Positions 57,439-64,000 of a stretch of 64,000 nt of DNA are shown here, one piece after another (position 1 is the first letter of the stretch; every line of letters begins with the position of its first letter). This stretch comes from Eledone cirrhosa (lineage: Eukaryota). The notes under the pieces are model-generated. The model was not told the DNA's origin, made no database searches, and was given only the letters and a program-made list of their open reading frames with translations. Both the position numbers and the translations under genes were made by a program. The stretch is from the NCBI GenBank assembly GCA_964016885.1, contig OZ024755.1:31744001-31808000 (forward strand). The letters are read 5' to 3'.

Positions 57439-57954
57439 TATGTATACTTTATGGTCAATATCTCCTCTTGTTCCAAAGAATTCCTTTGATGAGAAAACGA
57501 ATTCTTCCAATATTGGTTATTCCAAATTTGTTTCTTTTATTCATGAAACCACAGTAAGCTAACAATTATGAGTTAAACTAACTTATTTTGGTCGATCTGA
57601 CTTATACTCCCCTAAATTGAGTTTTTGGCATTAGTTTAATATGTTAAGATATCACTCAAAGATGTTAATTATCTTATATTTTATCCATACATTGAGATGT
57701 CTGAATATTAGAGACTAATAACATTTTGATTAATATATATATATATATATATATTTACTGAGTTTCAGAAGATCCCGTTAAGGGTAAAAGTAGTGATTCT
57801 TTGCTTAAACTTTAATCTGTTATTTTAATAAATGTTTGCTCTATGGTTCTTATATATTTGATATTTATTGATCCTTATCTAGCCCTCTTTGGATTTTAGT
57901 CTTCACATTTATTATTATTACTATATATATATATAAAGTGGTCCTAGCATATGA

Positions 57955-60900
57955 GTCTTTCATTAGAAATTTGGTAATGAAAGGGTGAAAGGCATAGACA
58001 GTGTCTTTCATTAGAAATATGGTAATGAAAGGGTTAATGACATAGACAGTGTCTTTCATTAGAAATATGGTAATGAAAGGGTTAATGACATAGACAGTGT
58101 CTTTCATTAGAAATATGGTAATGATAGGGTTAATGACATAGACAGTGTCTTTTATTAGAAATATGGTAATGAAAGGGTTAATGACATAGGCAGTGTCTTT
58201 CATTAGAAATATGGTAATGAAAGGGTTAATGACATAGGCAGTGTCTTTCATTAGAAATATGGTAATGAAAGGGTTAAAGACATAGACTGTCTTTCATTAG
58301 AAATATGGAAATGAAAGGGTTAATGACATAGGTAGTGTCTTTCATTAGAAATATGGTAATGAAAGGGTTAATGACATAGGTAGTGTCTTTCATTAGAAAT
58401 ATGGTAATGAAAGGGTTAATGACATAGATAGTGTCTTTCATTAGAAATATGGTAATGAAGGGGTTAATGACATAGACAGTGTCTTTCATTAGAAATATGG
58501 TAATGAAAGGGTTAATGACATAGACAGTGTCTTTCATTAGAAGTATGGTAATGGAAGGGTTAAAGACATAGACAGTGTCTTTCATTAGAAATATGGTAAT
58601 GAAAGGGTTAATGACATAGGCAGTGTCTTTCATTAGAAGTATGGTAATGAAAGGGTTAATGACATAGACAGTGTCTTTCATTAGAAATATGGTAATGAAA
58701 GGGTTAATGACATAGACAGTGTCTTTCATTAGAAATATGGTAATGAAAAGGTTAATGACATAGACAGTGTCTTTCATTAGAAATATGGTAATGAAATGGT
58801 TAATGACATAGACAGTGTCTTTCATTAGAAATATGGTAATGAAAGGCTTAATGACATAGGTAGTGTCTTTCATTAGAAATATGGTAATGAAAGGGTTAAT
58901 AACATAGACAGTGTCTTTCATTAGAAATATGGAAATGAAAGGGTTAATGACATAGACAGTGTCTTTCATTAGAAATATGGTAATGAAAGGGTTAATGACA
59001 TAGACAGTGACTTTCATTAGAAATATGGTAATGAAATGGTTAATGACATAGACAGTGTCTTTCATTAGAAATATGGTAATGAAAGGGTTCATGACATAGT
59101 GTCTTTCATTAGAAATATGGAAATGAAAGGGTTAATGACATAGACAGTGTCTTTCATTAGAAGTATGGTAATGAAAGGGTTAATGACATAGTGTCTTTCA
59201 TTAGAAATATGGAAATGAAAGGGTTAATGACATAGACAGTGTCTTTCATTAGAAATATGGTAATGAAAGGGTTAATGACATAGACAGTGTCTTTCATTAG
59301 AAATATGGTAATGAAATGGTTAATGACATAGACAGTGTCTTTCATTAGAAATATGGTAATGAAAGGGTTAATGACATAGTGTCTTTCATTAGAAATATGG
59401 TAATGAAAGGGTTAATGACATAGACAGTGTCTTTCATTAGAAATATGGTAATGAAAGGGTTAATGACATAGGTAGTGTCTTTCATTAGAAATATGGTAAT
59501 GAAAGGGTTAATGACATAGACAGTGTCTTTCATTAGAAATATGGTAATGAAAGGGTTAATGACATAGACAGTGTCTTTCATTAGAAATATGGAAATGAAA
59601 GGGTTAATGACATAGGTAGTGTCTTTCATTAGAAATATGGTAATGAAAGGGTTAATGACATAGGTAGTGTCTTTCATTAGAAATATGGTAATGAAAGGGT
59701 TAATGACATAGATAGTGTCTTTCATTAGAAATATGGTAATGAAGGGGTTAATGACATAGACAGTGTCTTTCATTAGAAATATGGTAATGAAAGGGTTAAT
59801 GACATAGACAGTGTCTTTCATTAGAAGTATGGTAATGGAAGGGTTAAAGACATAGACAGTGTCTTTCATTAGAAATATGGTAATGAAAGGGTTAATGACA
59901 TAGGCAGTGTCTTTCATTAGAAGTATGGTAATGAAAGGGTTAATGACATAGACAGTGTCTTTCATTAGAAATATGGTAATGAAAGGGTTAATGACATAGA
60001 CAGTGTCTTTCATTAGAAATATGGTAATGAAAAGGTTAATGACATAGACAGTGTCTTTCATTAGAAATATGGTAATGAAATGGTTAATGACATAGACAGT
60101 GTCTTTCATTAGAAATATGGTAATGAAAGGCTTAATGACATAGGTAGTGTCTTTCATTAGAAATATGGTAATGAAAGGGTTAATAACATAGACAGTGTCT
60201 TTCATTAGAAATATGGAAATGAAAGGGTTAATGACATAGACAGTGTCTTTCATTAGAAATATGGTAATGAAAGGGTTAATGACATAGACAGTGTCTTTCA
60301 TTAGAAATATGGTAATGAAATGGTTAATGACATAGACAGTGTCTTTCATTAGAAATATGGTAATGAAAGGGTTAATGACATAGTGTCTTTCATTAGAAAT
60401 ATGGAAATGAAAGGGTTAATGACATAGACAGTGTCTTTCATTAGAAATATGGTAATGAAAGGGTTAATGACATAGACAGTGTCTTTCATTAGAAATATGG
60501 TAATGAAATGGTTAATGACATAGACAGTGTCTTTCATTAGAAATATGGTAATGAAAGGGTTAATGACATAGTGTCTTTCATTAGAAATATGGTAATGAAA
60601 GGGTTAATGACATAGACAGTGTCTTTCATTAGAAATATGGTAATGAAAGGGTTAATGACATAGGTAGTGTCTTTCATTAGAAATATGGTAATGAAAGGGT
60701 TAATGACATAGACAGTGTCTTTCATTAGAAATATGGTAATGAAAGGGTTAATGACATAGACAGTGTCTTTCATTAGAAATATGGTAATGAAAGGGTTAAT
60801 GACATAGACAGTGTCTTTCATTAGAAATATGGTAATGAAAGGGTTAATGACATAGACAGTGTCTTTCATTAGAAATATGGTAATGAAAGGGTTAATGACA

Positions 60901-61036
60901 GACAGTGTCTTTCATTAGAAATATGGTAATGAAAGGGTTAATGACATAGGTAGTGTCTTTCATTAGAAATATGGTAATGAAAGGGTTAATAGCATAGGTA
61001 GTGTCTTTCATTAGAAAATGGTAATGAAAGGGTTAA
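57955..61036. repeat. 48-bp satellite array 2, about 64 copies, same family as 17953-19279
   Basis: TTAATGACATAGACAGTGTCTTTCATTAGAAATATGGTAATGAAAGGG. Confidence 0.97.
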
Positions 61037-61070
61037 GCGTTTCATCATAATTTTGTATTACTATTATTAC

Positions 61071-61256
61071 AATTGTTTCTACTTTTGGCACAAGGCCAGC
61101 AATTAATCCAGTGCATTACTGGTACTTTATTTTATTGACCCCGTAAGGATGAAAGGCAAAGTTAACCTCGGCAGGATTTGAACTCAGATCATAAAGGGCC
61201 ATAACTTTATGCTACAAACCATGGCGTCCGACCCTCTACCGATACTGCCAATCCAC
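61071..61256 (-). mobile_element. SINE family B copy
   Basis: Reverse complement of family B. Confidence 0.85.
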
Positions 61257-61457
61257 TAATTACTATCATTAAAATGACTGTTACCAAGCAACATAAACAT
61301 ATACCCCCCTCCTCCTCAGCATCAACAGCATCAGCAGCATATTCGTTATAGAAGAAGTGAGAAATATCAATTAAGACCCCAATCCTCTGAGAGTTCTGTA
61401 AACAATTGGATAGGGTGTGACAGATAATGACTGCATTAGTTGTGACAACTTTATAGA

Positions 61458-62266
61458 GATACACACACAGTCACACACACATCTGTGAATAGATACACAC
61501 ACACACACATCTGTGAGTAGATACACACACACACACACATCTGTGAATAGATACACACACACATCTGTGAATAGATACACACACACATATCTGTGAATAG
61601 ATATACACACACTTACACACACATACATCTGTGAATAGATACACACACACATCTGTGAATAGATACACACACACATCTGTGAATAGATATACACACACAC
61701 ACACACACCTGTGAATAGATATACACACACACACACACATCTGTGAATAGATACACACACACACACACATCTGTGAATAGATACACACACACACACACAC
61801 ACACCTGTGAATAGATACACACACACACACACACACACATCTGTGAATAGATACACACACACACACATCTGTGAATAGATACACACACACACATCTGTGA
61901 ATACACACACACATCTGTGAATACACACACACACACACACACATCTGTGAATAGATACACACACACACACATCTGTGAATAGATACACACACACACACAT
62001 CTGTGAATACACACACACACACACACATCTGTGAATAGATACACAGTCACACAGTCACATCTCTGAATAGATACATACACACACATCTCTGAATATAGCT
62101 ACACACTCACACACATCTGTGAATAGATACACACACACACACACACATCTCTGAATAGAGCTACACACACATGCACACACATCTCAGTATAGTCACACAC
62201 ACACACACACATACACATCTCAATACACACACACACACACACATCTCAATATAGACACACACACAT
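61458..62266. repeat. ATCTGTGAATAGAT(AC)n compound repeat
   Basis: Fixed core with variable-length (AC)n. Confidence 0.92.
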
Positions 62267-62318
62267 CGTCAGAATATAGTTACATATAGATAGATGTCTG
62301 ATATAAGACAACACTACC

Positions 62319-63190
62319 ATATATAAACTGTTATATTATATAAACTGTTATATTATATAAACTGTTACATTATATAAACTGTTATATTATATAAACTGTT
62401 ATATAAACTGTTATATTATATAAACTGTTATATAAACTGTTATATTATATAAACTGCTATATTATATAAACTGTTATATTATATAAACTGCTATATTATA
62501 TAAACTGTTATATTATATAAACAGTTATATTATATAAACTGTTATATTATATAAACTGTTATATTATATAAACTGCTATATTATATAAACTGTTATATTA
62601 TATAAACTGCTATATTATATAAACTGCTATATTATATAAACTGTTATATTATATAAACTGTTATATTATATAAACTGTTATATTATATAAACTGCTATAT
62701 TATATAAACTGTTATATTATATAAACTGCTATATTATATAAACTGCTATATTATATAAACTGTCATATTATATAAACTGTTATATTATATAAACTGTTAT
62801 ATTATATAAACTGTTATATTATATAAACTGCTATATTATATAAACCGTTATATTATATAAACTGCTATATTATATAAACTGTTATATTATATAAACTGCT
62901 ATATTATATAAACTGCTATATTATATAAACTGTTATATTATATAAACTGTTATATTATATAAACTGCTATATTATATAAACTGTTATATTATATAAACTG
63001 CTATATTATATAAACTGTTATATTATATAAACTGCTATATTATATAAACTGCTATATTATATAAACTGCTATATTATATAAACTGTTATATTATATAAAC
63101 TGTTATATTATATAAACTGCTATATTATATAAATTGTTATATTATATAAACTGTCATATTATATAAACTGCTATATTATATAAACTGTTA
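62319..63190. repeat. 17-bp AT-rich minisatellite (TATTATATAAACTGYTA), about 50 copies
   Basis: Direct reading. Confidence 0.95.
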
Positions 63191-63412
63191 CACTTAAATG
63201 TAACCTCTACAATTGGTTTCCATAGCAACATCTGAAAAGTACCAAATGCAATCGTAGCCATGGGATGTTCTTCAAGTGTACTTCCAAAAGAGGTTTCCCC
63301 TGCAACTGTGCAGCACCAAACTCTACTTACTGCTGTAGAACGCAGGAAAAGGTGGTCATTTTTATCACTTTCATTTTTTAAATTATGAGAATTAATATAG
63401 TTTTGTGAAGCT

Positions 63413-63790
63413 GTGTTGACCAGTGGTGCAGATGTGTTGACCAGTGGTGCAGATGTGTTGACCAGTGGTGAAGATGTGTTGACCAGTGGTGCAGATGTGT
63501 TGACCAGTGGTGAAGGTGTGATGACCAGTGGTGAAGATGTGATGACCAGTGGTGAAGATGTGTTGACCAGTGGTGCAGATGTGTTGACCAGTGGTGTAGA
63601 TGTGTTGACCAGTGGTGAAGATGTGTTGACCAGTGGTGCAGATGTGTTGACCAGTGGTGACGGTGTGTTGACCAGTGATGCAGATGTATTGACCAGTGGT
63701 GAAGATGTGATGACCAGTGGTGAAGATGTGTTGACCAGTGGTGAAGATGTGATGACCAGTGGTGAAGGTGTGATGACCAGTGGTGAAGCT
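63413..63790. repeat. 21-bp minisatellite (GACCAGTGGTGMAGATGTGTT), about 18 copies
   Basis: Direct reading. Confidence 0.93.
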
Positions 63791-64000
63791 GTTTGGCTCA
63801 CAATCTTAAAGCCATCAATTTGAGCAAACTCTTTATTTTGATGTTGCTCCAGTTCACTCAGCAGGCAAAATGAGTTATACCTGCAATCCAGAAGACCAAC
63901 CACTGAATCTCCCTGAGATCTACATTAAGGATACACACGTCTGTGGAATGCTCAGCCACTTGCATGTTAATTTCACAAGTAGAATGTTCCATTGTGTAAA

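Noticed and set aside
56860-57560. Possible minus-strand exons (e.g. TNWQWMDIFVFDMFHVQLKTTK*)
   Set aside because: Short, weak splice signals, no recognisable family, cannot be linked into a gene

Overview
AT-rich, repeat-saturated eukaryotic DNA. The SINE/RTE/microsatellite landscape suggests a coleoid cephalopod such as Octopus (inference). Almost all ORFs in the supplied track are repeat artefacts. Manual splice reconstruction gives two real + strand genes the track misses. (1) Mitochondrial ATP synthase inhibitory factor IF1: 6 small exons, 101 aa, spread over 22 kb (2979-25087). (2) A 506-aa type II membrane protein (35907-52480) with a coiled-coil stem, a His-rich linker and a divergent DUF1647-like C-terminal domain; it has one GC-AG intron. 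That intron holds an uninterrupted RT+RLE non-LTR element (Dong/R4-like) inserted in (TAA)n. Also present: a truncated Penelope-like element, several hammerhead-ribozyme-like motifs (one well-formed U3:A8 core variant near 55.7 kb), RTE and L1/Tx1 LINE relics, two tRNA-derived SINE families, and more than 15 minisatellite arrays. Many arrays appear seeded from TE fragments, and several stop just short of exons. Repeat boundaries and copy numbers are approximate, read by eye.
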